Source of the DNA: Sulfurospirillaceae bacterium
GTDB lineage: Bacteria > Campylobacterota > Campylobacteria > Campylobacterales > Sulfurospirillaceae
Direction of reading: 5' to 3'
Assembly (NCBI GenBank): GCA_033723415.1
Contig: JAWVXD010000001.1
Span: 256,001 to 320,000 of the forward strand
DNA: 64,000 bases
Below are positions 33,568 through 44,267 of the stretch, one piece after another; the first letter of the stretch is position 1; each line of letters begins with the position of its first letter. The notes under the pieces are model-generated. The model saw only the letters and a list, made by a program, of their open reading frames with translations. It was not told the origin of the DNA and ran no database searches. A program made the position numbers and the translations under genes.

Positions 33568-35289
33568 TTATGTTTGTAAACCCTTAAGCTTTAGATATTC
33601 ACTACAACTCTCTGTCAGTTCTTTATTATTTCCTATGGCTTCAACTTTACCATGCTTTAAGACAATGATCCTGTCTGCTTTTTGGATCGTGCTTAATCTA
33701 TGAGCTATTACAAATGTAATCTTATCTTTTATAATATTTTCGATAGCTTCACCAATCTTCTTTTCACTTTTTGAATCAAGTGCACTAGTGGCTTCATCAA
33801 GTATCAGAATCTTTGGATTTTTATAAATCGCTCTTGCTATGGCTATCCTTTGTCTTTGTCCTCCGGACAGATTTGTTCCAAATTCATCTAACTTTGTGTC
33901 AATCCCATCAGGCAGTGTTTCTATGAATTCATAAGCATTTGCTTTTTTCAACGCATCAATGATCCGCTCTCTATCTATCTCTTTCCCGTATGCAACATTC
34001 GCACTGACAGTGTCATTGAAGATATATACACGCTGAGTCACTATGGCTATTGAGTCTCTAAGACTTTGAAGAGAAAAATCTTTGATATTCATGCCGTTTA
34101 TGGCAATCTTACCCTCAGTAGTATCGAAAAATCTCACTAGCAGATTGACTAAAGACGTCTTGCCACCGCCGCTATCTCCGACTATTGCGATGAATTCACC
34201 ATGCTTTACTTTAAAATTTATACCATTTAGCGCAGTTTTGTCATCATCATACTTTAACACTACATCATTAAAGTCAATGCTGTTTATATCTTTAGGTACT
34301 GATTTGCTTCCGCCTTTGATCTTTGCCTCTTGATCAAGCAAAAAGAAAATTCTTTCACTTGCGGCTACGGCATCTTGCATTTTGTTATAAAGTCCTGATA
34401 TCCTCTTTATTGGAGTATATAGCATAAAAAGTGCAGTTAAAAAAGAGAAGAAACTTCCAACACTCATACCTCCTTCGATGACTTCACGTCCGCCGACTAT
34501 GATCACGACTGTCACACCGATAGAACCCAAAGTCTCCATGACAGGACTGATAAGTGCAGATACTTTAACGCTTTTCATAGTTAAGTGGAAATACTTTTGA
34601 TTTTCGTCTTTAAATTGTTTGTGTTCGTACGGTTCTGCCGAGTTTGCTTTTATGATCTCTATATTGTTGAAAATTTCACTTAATTTAGCAGTTATATCCG
34701 ATATCTTTTCTTGAGACATCCTTGAGATCTTTTTCATTTTTTTTGCTAATTTACTAAGCGGATATATAGCTAAAGGCATAACGACCAATGAATAAAAAGC
34801 TAATTCTTGACTTTGATATATCACGACTCCTGCCAAGCCGACGATAGTAAAGAACTCTCTAAAAAAATCAGGTATAAGATTTGATACTACGAGCTTAATC
34901 CTCTCGACATCATTTGTATTTCTACTTATCAACTCTCCTGAGCGATATTTGTGGAAGAAATAGATATCTAATGATAAAATATTTTCCAATAATCTGTCCC
35001 TAAATCTTCTTACTATATCTTGTCCTATGTATTCTGTGAAATATGTTTGTATGTAACGTCCACTCTCTTTTATAACATATACTAAAATGATAGCATACGG
35101 AAGCAGATCGAGCATATGTTTGTCTTTTGCTATAAAGACTTTATCAAGTAGAGGTTTGACTAGATAGGCAGTTGCGGAAGTTCCAACTGAAGTAAGAATC
35201 ATACCTAGGAATGCAAGCAAAAAATAAGGTACATAATCTTTAAAATACGGTGAAAACCTTTGCAGTATATATTTTGGATTATTGCTCAT
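33568..35289 (-). CDS. msbA: MsbA-like lipid ABC exporter
   Basis: TM domain plus GDSGGGKT, LSGGQRQR, LDEATSALD; position next to cysS. Confidence 0.85.
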   Translation of the reverse strand: MSNNPKYILQRFSPYFKDYVPYFLLAFLGMILTSVGTSATAYLVKPLLDKVFIAKDKHMLDLLPYAIILVYVIKESGRYIQTYFTEYIGQDIVRRFRDRLLENILSLDIYFFHKYRSGELISRNTNDVERIKLVVSNLIPDFFREFFTIVGLAGVVIYQSQELAFYSLVVMPLAIYPLSKLAKKMKKISRMSQEKISDITAKLSEIFNNIEIIKANSAEPYEHKQFKDENQKYFHLTMKSVKVSALISPVMETLGSIGVTVVIIVGGREVIEGGMSVGSFFSFLTALFMLYTPIKRISGLYNKMQDAVAASERIFFLLDQEAKIKGGSKSVPKDINSIDFNDVVLKYDDDKTALNGINFKVKHGEFIAIVGDSGGGKTSLVNLLVRFFDTTEGKIAINGMNIKDFSLQSLRDSIAIVTQRVYIFNDTVSANVAYGKEIDRERIIDALKKANAYEFIETLPDGIDTKLDEFGTNLSGGQRQRIAIARAIYKNPKILILDEATSALDSKSEKKIGEAIENIIKDKITFVIAHRLSTIQKADRIIVLKHGKVEAIGNNKELTESCSEYLKLKGLQT

Positions 35290-36688
35290 CTATTTTTTCC
35301 CATTGTGTCCCGTTGACCGTATCTTGAAGCTGTATTTTCATTTTTTTGAGTGTATCTCTTATCTCATCTGCTTTTGCATAATCTTTTGCTTGTTTGGCTT
35401 CTTTTCTATTCTCTATCAAGGCTTCGATCTTAGTTTTTTCATCATCCGTAACACCGATTTGAAAGTATTGATATGCATCTTGATAACCTATGCCCAAGAC
35501 ATCGTCTAAGTACTCAATATTTGCCATTATTGTTGATTTTAATTCTTTATTTTTTGTTTCAATATCTAATTTTTCATTTGAGCTAGACACCATATCGTCT
35601 ATAACCGCAAAAGCAACAGAAATGTTTAAATCATCGCTCAATGCATTCAATAATCCCTTTTTAAAATTTAATTGCACTACTGATGCTTTAACACCATAAA
35701 CTCTTTTTTTAAGTCTGTAAATTTTATCAAGGCGTTTTTTACAAACAAGCAGATCTTCTTCTGAAAAGTTAAAATTGGCTCGATAATGGGTAGATAGAAG
35801 ATAATATCTCAAGACCTCTCCATCATAAATCTTCAAGGCATCTTTTAAAAAGAAGCTATTTCCTAAGGATTTGCTCATCTTTTCGCCATTTATCGTGACA
35901 AATCCATTGTGCATCCAGTATTTTGACAACTCTTGACCGCTTTTACATCTGGTTTGAGATGCTTCATTCTCATGATGAGGAAATAGAAGATCAGCACCGC
36001 CGCCGTGTATGTCTATTTGAAAATCTCCGTCTTTATTTGCCAGATGTTTTTCTATCATGCAAGAGCACTCTATATGCCATCCAGGTCGTCCGTCGCCAAA
36101 CTTTGCTTTGTATGTCGGTTCATTATCTTTTGAGAATTTCCAAAGAGCAAAATCTTTTTGATTTTTCTTTTTGGTATTGATACCGACTCTGCTTTGCTGG
36201 CTTTCATCGTCAATTGACATATGACTCAGTTCCAGATAATGGCTATCCTTTGTCGTATCGAAATATACACCGTCATCTATAATATAAGCAATATCTCGAT
36301 CAAGTAGATTTTGTACAAAATCTACGATCTCATCTATACTTTGGGTAGCTTTTGGCTCTATATCCGCATCCTTAACACCCAGTTTATGCATCTCGTCTTT
36401 ATAGCTTTTTATATAAAAGTTTGTGATCTCTTCAAGAGTTTTTCCGCTCTCTTTCATTTTTTTGATTATCTTATCATCAATATCCGTGAAGTTTTTAACA
36501 AATGTCGTCTTATATCCCAACTCGATCAAAACTCTTCTTAGTAAATCAAAAGAGACAGAACTTCTAGCATGACCCAGATGAGCATCATCATACACGGTAG
36601 GACCGCATACATAGATCTTGGCTTCATTCTTGATTATAGGTTCAAACAGAACCTTTTTCCCAAGAACAGAATCATAAATATACATCAA
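35279..36688 (-). CDS. cysS: Cysteine--tRNA ligase
   Basis: CGPTVY..HLGH, GRPGWHIEC, KMSKS. Confidence 0.98.
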   Translation of the reverse strand: MMYIYDSVLGKKVLFEPIIKNEAKIYVCGPTVYDDAHLGHARSSVSFDLLRRVLIELGYKTTFVKNFTDIDDKIIKKMKESGKTLEEITNFYIKSYKDEMHKLGVKDADIEPKATQSIDEIVDFVQNLLDRDIAYIIDDGVYFDTTKDSHYLELSHMSIDDESQQSRVGINTKKKNQKDFALWKFSKDNEPTYKAKFGDGRPGWHIECSCMIEKHLANKDGDFQIDIHGGGADLLFPHHENEASQTRCKSGQELSKYWMHNGFVTINGEKMSKSLGNSFFLKDALKIYDGEVLRYYLLSTHYRANFNFSEEDLLVCKKRLDKIYRLKKRVYGVKASVVQLNFKKGLLNALSDDLNISVAFAVIDDMVSSSNEKLDIETKNKELKSTIMANIEYLDDVLGIGYQDAYQYFQIGVTDDEKTKIEALIENRKEAKQAKDYAKADEIRDTLKKMKIQLQDTVNGTQWEKIDEQ

Positions 36689-38090
36689 TAATTTCCTTAA
36701 TTTTTAACAAAACAACGATCTCTACTCCTGATAGTAAACACAGCAGCAGGATATTTTTAAATGAGATTATATCCAAAAACAATCGGATACCAAATGCTCT
36801 GATTGTAAAGATCAGAAGCACAAAGCCGGAAATAGAGCTTGCAAGAGCTAAGCCCTCGACTCCGTATGGCGATATCAATGCAAGAGATAGGATAACATTT
36901 GTAACCAGCGAATAGATCGAAATCTTTGCCGCTATATTTTGTTGGTTTTTTGAATAGAGCCATAATGAAAATATCTTTGATAATCCAAATGGCAAGAGAC
37001 CTATCAAATACATACTCAAAACACGTGATGTGTGGTATGCATTTTCTGCAGTAAACGAGCCTCTTAGAAAAAGTACTTTTACGATCTCTTGGCTAAATAT
37101 AAGTCCTGCTATCATTGAAACACTTAGCAGGAAAGTCAAAAACCAAAAAGAGTTTCTCATCAAAACCAATGCAGTCGCTTCATTTCCCGTTTTTAGCATT
37201 TTTGCAATTTTAGGGAAGATACCTACACTCAAAGCTATCGCAAAAAGGGCAAGAGGAAGTTGAAAAACTCTATTTCCGTAATATAGATAACTTATGCTGC
37301 CGCTTGCTAAAAAACTTGCCAGCCAAGTATCTAAAAATGCAGAAACCTGCGCCGTTGAGTTCCCCACAATAGCATGATAGAATGCTTTGAAAAATTTATC
37401 CGTTTGTTTATCATCTTTTGTTGATTTTGAAAATCTGTAGCCAACATAAAATATTTTTAACAAACCTTTATATTTTAACGCCAAGATATGAGCTGCTATC
37501 TGCAAAATCCCGCCAATCAAAACGGCATAGCTCATCCCATACACTATATCTATCTTTGGCATATTTTTGGTTATAAGCAAAGAAGATATGATAGCGATAT
37601 TTAAAAGTGTAGTTGAAAATGCGGTCGTAGCAAAATGATTTTTATATTGCAGTAGTGAAGCAAAAAATGAAACACAAAATATGATCGGCAGATAGTAAAA
37701 ATTGATAGCTACAAATGTTGAAGCCAGTTCAATATTTTGCTTATCAAATCCTATTGCTATGATCTTTGTGAAGAAATTACTAAAAAATGTTACAAATAAC
37801 GAGAGTACTAATAAAAAAAGAAAAAACTTGACAAATATACGATAAGTAAAAAGAGACTTTAATCTGGATTTTGTGAAGTTAGGAATAAAACTTTGAGCAA
37901 ATGCTCCCTCGGCAAATACTCTTCTAAATAAATTCGGCAATTTAAATGCTATAAAAAATATATCACTATATATATTTGCACCAAGTATTGATGCTGTTAG
38001 TAAATCTCTGATAAAACCAAAGATTCTAGAGACTAATATGCCTATGCTGTTTGTAAAAAATGATTTTAAGAACATTTTGAATTTTAGCAA
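36672..38090 (-). CDS. murJ: Lipid II flippase MurJ
   Basis: SRIFGFIRD, PNLFRR.FAEG, QLPLALF. Confidence 0.95.
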   Translation of the reverse strand: MLKFKMFLKSFFTNSIGILVSRIFGFIRDLLTASILGANIYSDIFFIAFKLPNLFRRVFAEGAFAQSFIPNFTKSRLKSLFTYRIFVKFFLFLLVLSLFVTFFSNFFTKIIAIGFDKQNIELASTFVAINFYYLPIIFCVSFFASLLQYKNHFATTAFSTTLLNIAIISSLLITKNMPKIDIVYGMSYAVLIGGILQIAAHILALKYKGLLKIFYVGYRFSKSTKDDKQTDKFFKAFYHAIVGNSTAQVSAFLDTWLASFLASGSISYLYYGNRVFQLPLALFAIALSVGIFPKIAKMLKTGNEATALVLMRNSFWFLTFLLSVSMIAGLIFSQEIVKVLFLRGSFTAENAYHTSRVLSMYLIGLLPFGLSKIFSLWLYSKNQQNIAAKISIYSLVTNVILSLALISPYGVEGLALASSISGFVLLIFTIRAFGIRLFLDIISFKNILLLCLLSGVEIVVLLKIKEIIDVYL

Positions 38091-38173
38091 ATCATCCGTT
38101 AAATAGAGCTTTTATTTTAATAATTGTATAATTATGACGATATGTATTTAAAATATTTTTTAAGGATTTTAAT

Positions 38174-40096
38174 TTGAGTTTATTCGGTTCGTCAAAAAAA
38201 GACACTAATGAAGTTAAAAATACCGAAGAAGATAATGAATTTAAATCAGTTATCATAGACACGGAAAATATTGTTGATGAAATTAAAAACCTTTCTTCGG
38301 CCTATAATGTTCATCCTAGAGATTTATTATTTAGATTGATCAAAGTAAGTACGTTATATAAAACAAATAAAGGTGACAATTATAAAGAAGTCAGCGATGA
38401 AGAGATGGAACTTTTCAACGACAATGACTTTCTTCTAAATCCAGAACTTCGCATTAAACAGCACTTTAAAGTTGAAATCTTCAAAAAAAATGACTCAACA
38501 AAAGATTCTCTTCCAGAGATAGTTCTAGGCGGCAATAAATCCTTAACCAAGATCATAGCTACGGTCAAACAAAATTTTGATATTAAATACACCAGCGACC
38601 TTGAAGAGCGTATAATTGATGATATAAATATCAAGAAAATCAAGTCAAATATATTGGTAGGTATCAGAGACTCAAGTATGCACCAAGAAGTGAAAAAACT
38701 TGTAGCTCAAATAAGAGTTAAAAACTTGATTGAAAACGATTCTACTTTTGTCGTTTGTCAAGGATTAGATAAAGTATCATCTATAAACGATGAGCTGATT
38801 TTTCACTACAAGAACAAAATAAAACGAAAAGATTCTAGTGACAGAGTAGACTACTCTAAGCGAGGATTTGTTTTGGCTGTTGCTGAAGGTGAAACTATTA
38901 TAGAATACACAAAACCTCAAAATGGTATACCGGGAAGAACCTGTCAAGGAAGATTTTTAAGTACCAGCGACCCACTGTCCGTATATGACGGCAATATAAA
39001 TCATTCTGAAAATATTATCAAAAAAGAAGATGACAACAAGATACTTTATGTTGCAAAGATAAATGGTTATGTCAATGTTGAAAACGGTGTATATGACATA
39101 AGAGACAATATGGAAATAGAGTCGGTCAATTTTAGATCTACAGGCTCTATCGAAACAGATATGAACTCAAATGTCAAAATAAATATAAAAGAAAATGACG
39201 CACTTAAAGATGCTATCGGACCAGGCATGAGCGTAGAAACATCAGAATTAAACATTGAGGGAAATATAGGAAGCGGTGCAAGTGTCAAAACAAAAAAAGT
39301 AACAATCAAAGGACAAACTCACAAGACTTCAAAAATTGAGTCAGACTATGCGAATATTTCTGTTCACAGAGGAGAAGTAACAGGGCAAAATATAGAGATA
39401 GATAGACTTGAAGGCGGTATTGTCTATGGAGAAACTGTTCACATAAAAAGTGCCATAGGAGGAGAAGTTGTAGCAAAAGAAATATTTATTGATGAACTTA
39501 CTTCAAATACGATACTAAAAGCAAGTAATCTGATAGATATCAAAAAGGTCAAAGGAAACAACAATAAGTTGTCCATTGATCCTACCTCCACAAAAGTATA
39601 CAATGAAAAAATAGCAAAGATCAATCATGAGATAAAAAAGCTAAAACTTGAGTTGGTACCTATACCAAAGATGCTAGAAGCTAAAAAAAGACTCATAGAC
39701 AATAACAGAATAGTAGTCACGGATATAAAAAGTAGAATTGCCGAATTAAAACAAGAAGGGAAAACTCCACCTATATCTTTGTTGAATAAACTAAAAGAAT
39801 ACACGCGAATGGTAAATGAATACAACGCATCGCTCAATGACTTTAAAAATAGAAAACAAAAACTCTTAGCCTTAAATGAAGATTTAAATTCTGTACAAAA
39901 TCAAGTTTTTTCATCAAAGATCATAAACAGAGGTATATGGAAAGAATTTAACGAGCTAAAATTTAGGCTTATATTACCTCCTGTAGAGGTAATATACAAC
40001 ACAAAAGACAATGAAATCATAAGAGAGGCTACATTGGTACAAAAAGGCGACAATAAATTTGAAATAAAAAAATCAAGTGAGTATCTTGCACAATGA
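38174..40096 (+). CDS. Flagellar assembly protein A (FapA/DUF342)
   Basis: RVDY...GF..V..GE, beta-solenoid segment, coiled coil; murJ/ruvA context typical of Campylobacterota. Confidence 0.75.
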   Translation: MSLFGSSKKDTNEVKNTEEDNEFKSVIIDTENIVDEIKNLSSAYNVHPRDLLFRLIKVSTLYKTNKGDNYKEVSDEEMELFNDNDFLLNPELRIKQHFKVEIFKKNDSTKDSLPEIVLGGNKSLTKIIATVKQNFDIKYTSDLEERIIDDINIKKIKSNILVGIRDSSMHQEVKKLVAQIRVKNLIENDSTFVVCQGLDKVSSINDELIFHYKNKIKRKDSSDRVDYSKRGFVLAVAEGETIIEYTKPQNGIPGRTCQGRFLSTSDPLSVYDGNINHSENIIKKEDDNKILYVAKINGYVNVENGVYDIRDNMEIESVNFRSTGSIETDMNSNVKINIKENDALKDAIGPGMSVETSELNIEGNIGSGASVKTKKVTIKGQTHKTSKIESDYANISVHRGEVTGQNIEIDRLEGGIVYGETVHIKSAIGGEVVAKEIFIDELTSNTILKASNLIDIKKVKGNNNKLSIDPTSTKVYNEKIAKINHEIKKLKLELVPIPKMLEAKKRLIDNNRIVVTDIKSRIAELKQEGKTPPISLLNKLKEYTRMVNEYNASLNDFKNRKQKLLALNEDLNSVQNQVFSSKIINRGIWKEFNELKFRLILPPVEVIYNTKDNEIIREATLVQKGDNKFEIKKSSEYLAQ

Positions 40097-40650
40097 TAAT
40101 AGGAATAGAAGGTAAAGTATTAAAAAAGGAGCCTACTTTTTTACATATTAAAATAAATTCAGGCTTAGTATATAAGGTTCAGGTTTCACTTTTCACATCT
40201 GCGAAGATCGATCATGACGAGGTCTTTTTACATACGACTCTTATAATCAGAGAAGATCATCACTCATTGTTTGGATTTTTGGATGTTGAAGAAAAAAATA
40301 TCTTTGACACGGTCGTTAAACTAAACGGCATAGGTCCATCAACTGCTCTTGCTATTTGTTCGACCTTAAGTCCAAGTGAGTTTGCTTCGGCATTGATTTC
40401 TCAAAACCTAACAGCATTTACCAGAGTTCCTGGGATAGGACCGAAAAATGCAAAAAGACTATTGGTAGAGCTTAGCGATTTTTCACTTGAGTCTATGCAA
40501 GAGAGCAGTGGGAACAGTGTTCAGATGGAAGCTATGCTGGCATTAGAGAGTCTTGGTTTTAAAAAGGACAGGATTAAAAAAGTACTCACAACATGTAAAT
40601 CTACAGAAACTACTACGCTTATAAAAGAAGCTTTGAAAAAATTAGGATAA
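40093..40650 (+). CDS. ruvA: Holliday junction branch migration protein RuvA
   Basis: IIRED...FGF, HhH motifs GIGP, AL.SLGF. Confidence 0.96.
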   Translation: MIIGIEGKVLKKEPTFLHIKINSGLVYKVQVSLFTSAKIDHDEVFLHTTLIIREDHHSLFGFLDVEEKNIFDTVVKLNGIGPSTALAICSTLSPSEFASALISQNLTAFTRVPGIGPKNAKRLLVELSDFSLESMQESSGNSVQMEAMLALESLGFKKDRIKKVLTTCKSTETTTLIKEALKKLG

Positions 40651-40690
40651 TAATGAAAAATAACCATAACATCAATCAAGGTGTAATCTC

Positions 40691-41725
40691 ATGAAAATTG
40701 CACTTCTTTTTGGAGCAAACAGCTTCGAACACGAGATTAGTATAGTAAGTGCGATTGCTCTAAAAAAAGTATTAAAGAGTGAATTAGTTTATATATTTTG
40801 CGACTATGAGCGGGATTTTTATCTAATCCCTACAGATAAGATAAATTCCAAGAGATTTAGTTCTGCAGAGTATAAGAAAGATAAAAAATTAGATATCAAA
40901 AGCGGAGGTTTTTATCATAAAGGTCTCATGAGCGAAAAGAAGATCGAGTTTGATATCTTATTAAATGTAATCCATGGAAAAGATGGAGAAGACGGAACAG
41001 TTTCTTCTTTACTTGATTTTTTTAAAATTCCATATATCGGGCCAAGGATCGAAGCAAGCGTTTTAAGTTACAACAAACTTTTGACAAAATTGTATGCCAA
41101 AGAGTTTGGAGTGAAAACACTAGATTACGTAACACTGCAAAAAGATTCGAGTAGAGACATTGAACTCACTTATCCTGTGATAGTAAAACCGACAAGGCTC
41201 GGTAGCTCTATAGGTATCAGTATCGTAAAAAGTAAAGCAGAATTGGATTATGCGCTTGATGTTGCATTTGAATATGACTTTCAAGTTGTGATAGAGCCGT
41301 TTATAGATGGAATCAAAGAATATAATCTTGCAGGATGTCGAAGTGATGATTATAACTTTTCTATTATAGAAGAACCGCAAAAAAATGAAATCCTGGATTT
41401 TGATAAAAAGTATCTCGACTTTTCACGCACTAAAAGAGTCAATGAAGCCGATATCAGTGAAGAGTTGGCAGATAAGATTAGAGAAAATTTTAAAAAATTG
41501 TATGAACCGTTTTTTGCAGGATCACTGATCAGATGTGATTTCTTTGTCTTGAACGATGAAGTTTACATTAACGAAATAAACCCAATCCCCGGTAGTATGG
41601 CAAATTATCTCTTTGATGATTTTGACGGAGTTATTAAAAAATTGGCAGATTACTTGCCAAAAAGTATAAATATTCCAAAAAACTACAAGTATATTAACGA
41701 AATTCAAGCTGCAAAAGGTAAATAA
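40691..41725 (+). CDS. ddl: D-alanine--D-alanine ligase
   Basis: S.EHEIS..SA, HG..GEDG, GSSIGI, NEIN.IPG. Confidence 0.96.
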   Translation: MKIALLFGANSFEHEISIVSAIALKKVLKSELVYIFCDYERDFYLIPTDKINSKRFSSAEYKKDKKLDIKSGGFYHKGLMSEKKIEFDILLNVIHGKDGEDGTVSSLLDFFKIPYIGPRIEASVLSYNKLLTKLYAKEFGVKTLDYVTLQKDSSRDIELTYPVIVKPTRLGSSIGISIVKSKAELDYALDVAFEYDFQVVIEPFIDGIKEYNLAGCRSDDYNFSIIEEPQKNEILDFDKKYLDFSRTKRVNEADISEELADKIRENFKKLYEPFFAGSLIRCDFFVLNDEVYINEINPIPGSMANYLFDDFDGVIKKLADYLPKSINIPKNYKYINEIQAAKGK

Positions 41726-41781
41726 TTTGATATAATACATAAAATTTTATGTATTATATCAAGACAACCAAAAGGGAATAA

Positions 41782-42000
41782 ATGATTTCTTATACTCAAG
41801 ACGAAATCGTCTCGGCAACAGATGCAGTGAGAAACTTCAGCTCCGTTCTAAAAAGTATCTCAAGCAAAACAAAAGAAAAAGTAGTAATCGTGAAAAACAA
41901 CAGATTTGAAGCAGTTGTATTAAGTGTTGAAAAATATGAGAAGATGGAAAAAGCCGTTGAGATACTTGAAAATATTTACAATAAAACAAAAATGAAATAA
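41782..42000 (+). CDS. Phd/YefM-family antitoxin-like protein
   Basis: SATD..RNFS.VL.......VIVKNN..EAV.LS...YE. Confidence 0.8.
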   Translation: MISYTQDEIVSATDAVRNFSSVLKSISSKTKEKVVIVKNNRFEAVVLSVEKYEKMEKAVEILENIYNKTKMK

Positions 42001-42012
42001 GAAAAAATATAT

Positions 42013-42741
42013 ATGGCAATAAAAGAGACAATATACAACGATCTAGTGTATCAAATCAGTTACGAGATCATCAATCAAGACAAACAAGAAGAGATAATTT
42101 TTCTGCATGGCTGGGGAAGCAATAAAGAGATAATGAAAAATGCATTTTCCAAGCATCTGAGCGAATATAGACAGATTTATATAGATTTGCCAGGATTTGG
42201 AAACTCTAGCATAACAAGAGCTATCACAACACAAGAGTATGCAAAGATAATCAATACTTTTCTAGACTCTATAAACTCTCAAAAAAAGATAATCTTCGGG
42301 CACTCATTTGGAGGGAAGGTAGCAACACTACTAAATCCTGAGATATTGGTACTACTAAGCAGTGCAGGTATTTTAAATAAAAAACCATTGAAGACCAAAG
42401 CAAAGATCCTGACATACAAACTTCTCAAACCAATAGCAGCAAGATCTCTATATAAATATTTTGCAACAAAAGATGTCAATGGCATGAGCCAGGTCATGTA
42501 TGAAACACTTAAAAACGTAGTTGATGAAAACTTTGAGAAGATATTTGCTGATTTTGAAGGCAAAGGTCTTGTGTACTGGGGAAGAGATGATACTGCCGTC
42601 CCGCTTTGGAATGGAGAAAAAATCGCAAATCTGATAAAAGATTCTAAATTTAGAGTCTATTATGGGGATCATTTCTTTTTTTTAAAGGATTGTAGACAGA
42701 TTTGTGATGATTTTAGAAAAGACTTGGAGAAGAGAATTTGA
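42013..42741 (+). CDS. Alpha/beta hydrolase
   Basis: FLHGWG, DLPGFG, GHSFGG, GDHFFF. Confidence 0.9.
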   Translation: MAIKETIYNDLVYQISYEIINQDKQEEIIFLHGWGSNKEIMKNAFSKHLSEYRQIYIDLPGFGNSSITRAITTQEYAKIINTFLDSINSQKKIIFGHSFGGKVATLLNPEILVLLSSAGILNKKPLKTKAKILTYKLLKPIAARSLYKYFATKDVNGMSQVMYETLKNVVDENFEKIFADFEGKGLVYWGRDDTAVPLWNGEKIANLIKDSKFRVYYGDHFFFLKDCRQICDDFRKDLEKRI

Positions 42742-44174
42742 TAAAATATTTTGATTTATTTGTACATGTTTTTTTAGTATTGAGTTTAGGATATTATTTT
42801 ATAAGCTCTATGCAGTGGTACAGCTATAGACTTGAAAGAGTGATATTTCACTTCAATAGATATGAATGGCACTTTTATTTTTTTATTATTCCCGTATTTA
42901 TTTACTACATAAGCGGTAACTATTTTGGTATTTACTTCTTCCTGATATATCTCCCGACTCTTTATCTGTGGTATAGAAAATTAGATAAAAAACTGATATT
43001 TACTCCAAGAATAAAAAGATTTTTTGCATTCTTGTTATTGGCAACTATTTTCCAAGATATATTATGCTTTTTAAGTAGTGAATGTCGTATATTTGGTGTG
43101 ATTCTCCCTCTGTTTTTATCATATCTGGCTTCGTATTTGTACGAAAAAATCTTATTTTATGATTTTAAGAAAAGAGCACAAAGAAAACTCTACGCAAATC
43201 CAAAACTGAAGATCATTGCGATCACGGCAAGCTATGGGAAAACCAGTATCAAGAACTTTTTGTATGAAGTATTGTCTACAAAATATAAGGTATATAAAAC
43301 ACCAAGAAGCGTAAATACTCTAGGCGGAATCATAAAAGACATAAATGACAACCTAAGTGACGATATTGATTTTTATATCGTTGAAGCAGGAGCTAGGGCA
43401 AAAGGAGATATACAAGAGATCGCAAGGTTTATAAATCCTCATATCTCCATAGTAGGTCAAATAGGAGAACAGCACATAGAGTACTTTAAAACACTGCAAA
43501 ATATAAGAGACACCAAAATGGAACTCATACAGAGCGACAGGTTAGAGCAGGCTTTTATACATGAGAGTGCGATGGTAAAGAAAGAAGATAATATAACGTT
43601 CTTTGGTGAAAATATAGAAAACATCAGATCAACTCTTGATGGTATAGATTTTGACTTGCTGATAGATGAAAAACCATATGCTTTTCATTCAAATCTGCTT
43701 GGGGCTTTTAATGCCCACAATCTAGATGTCGTGATTAGATGCGCTTTATATCTGGGCTTCAAGATAGAGGAAACGCAAAAGTGCATAGCAAATATTTCAC
43801 AAGTCGAGCACAGACTGCAAAAGATAGAAGCCGGTGGCAAGATTATCATTGACGATAGCTACAATGGAAATCTATCAGGGATGATCGGTTCATATGAGCT
43901 TGTATCGCAATATGATGGCAGAAAAGTGATAATAACACCGGGTATCGTAGAAAGCGATGAAAAATCAAATATAACTTTAGCAAAAAAGATAGATGATGTT
44001 TTTGATTTGGCTATTGTCACATCAAAAGTAAACTCTAAAATATTGGATGAACATATAGTAAAGACAGAAAAAATAATATTAAAAGATAAAAGCAAGATAG
44101 AAGAAATTTTAAGTGAAAACACAAGAGTTGGAGATTTGATTCTTTTCTCAAATGATGCTCCAACTTTTATGTAA
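42738..44174 (+). CDS. murF: Mur ligase (probable MurF) with N-terminal TM region
   Basis: IT.SYGKTS.K, VEAGA, HRLQ, IIDDSYN.N; ddl context. Confidence 0.8.
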   Translation: MIKYFDLFVHVFLVLSLGYYFISSMQWYSYRLERVIFHFNRYEWHFYFFIIPVFIYYISGNYFGIYFFLIYLPTLYLWYRKLDKKLIFTPRIKRFFAFLLLATIFQDILCFLSSECRIFGVILPLFLSYLASYLYEKILFYDFKKRAQRKLYANPKLKIIAITASYGKTSIKNFLYEVLSTKYKVYKTPRSVNTLGGIIKDINDNLSDDIDFYIVEAGARAKGDIQEIARFINPHISIVGQIGEQHIEYFKTLQNIRDTKMELIQSDRLEQAFIHESAMVKKEDNITFFGENIENIRSTLDGIDFDLLIDEKPYAFHSNLLGAFNAHNLDVVIRCALYLGFKIEETQKCIANISQVEHRLQKIEAGGKIIIDDSYNGNLSGMIGSYELVSQYDGRKVIITPGIVESDEKSNITLAKKIDDVFDLAIVTSKVNSKILDEHIVKTEKIILKDKSKIEEILSENTRVGDLILFSNDAPTFM

Positions 44175-44267
44175 TGTTTAAATTTTTTTTACATAGAAAA
44201 ATTTTTATTATATCTTTGTTATATTATTGTTATATTATTGTGAAAATATAATCAGGGGGTTGGTAAT

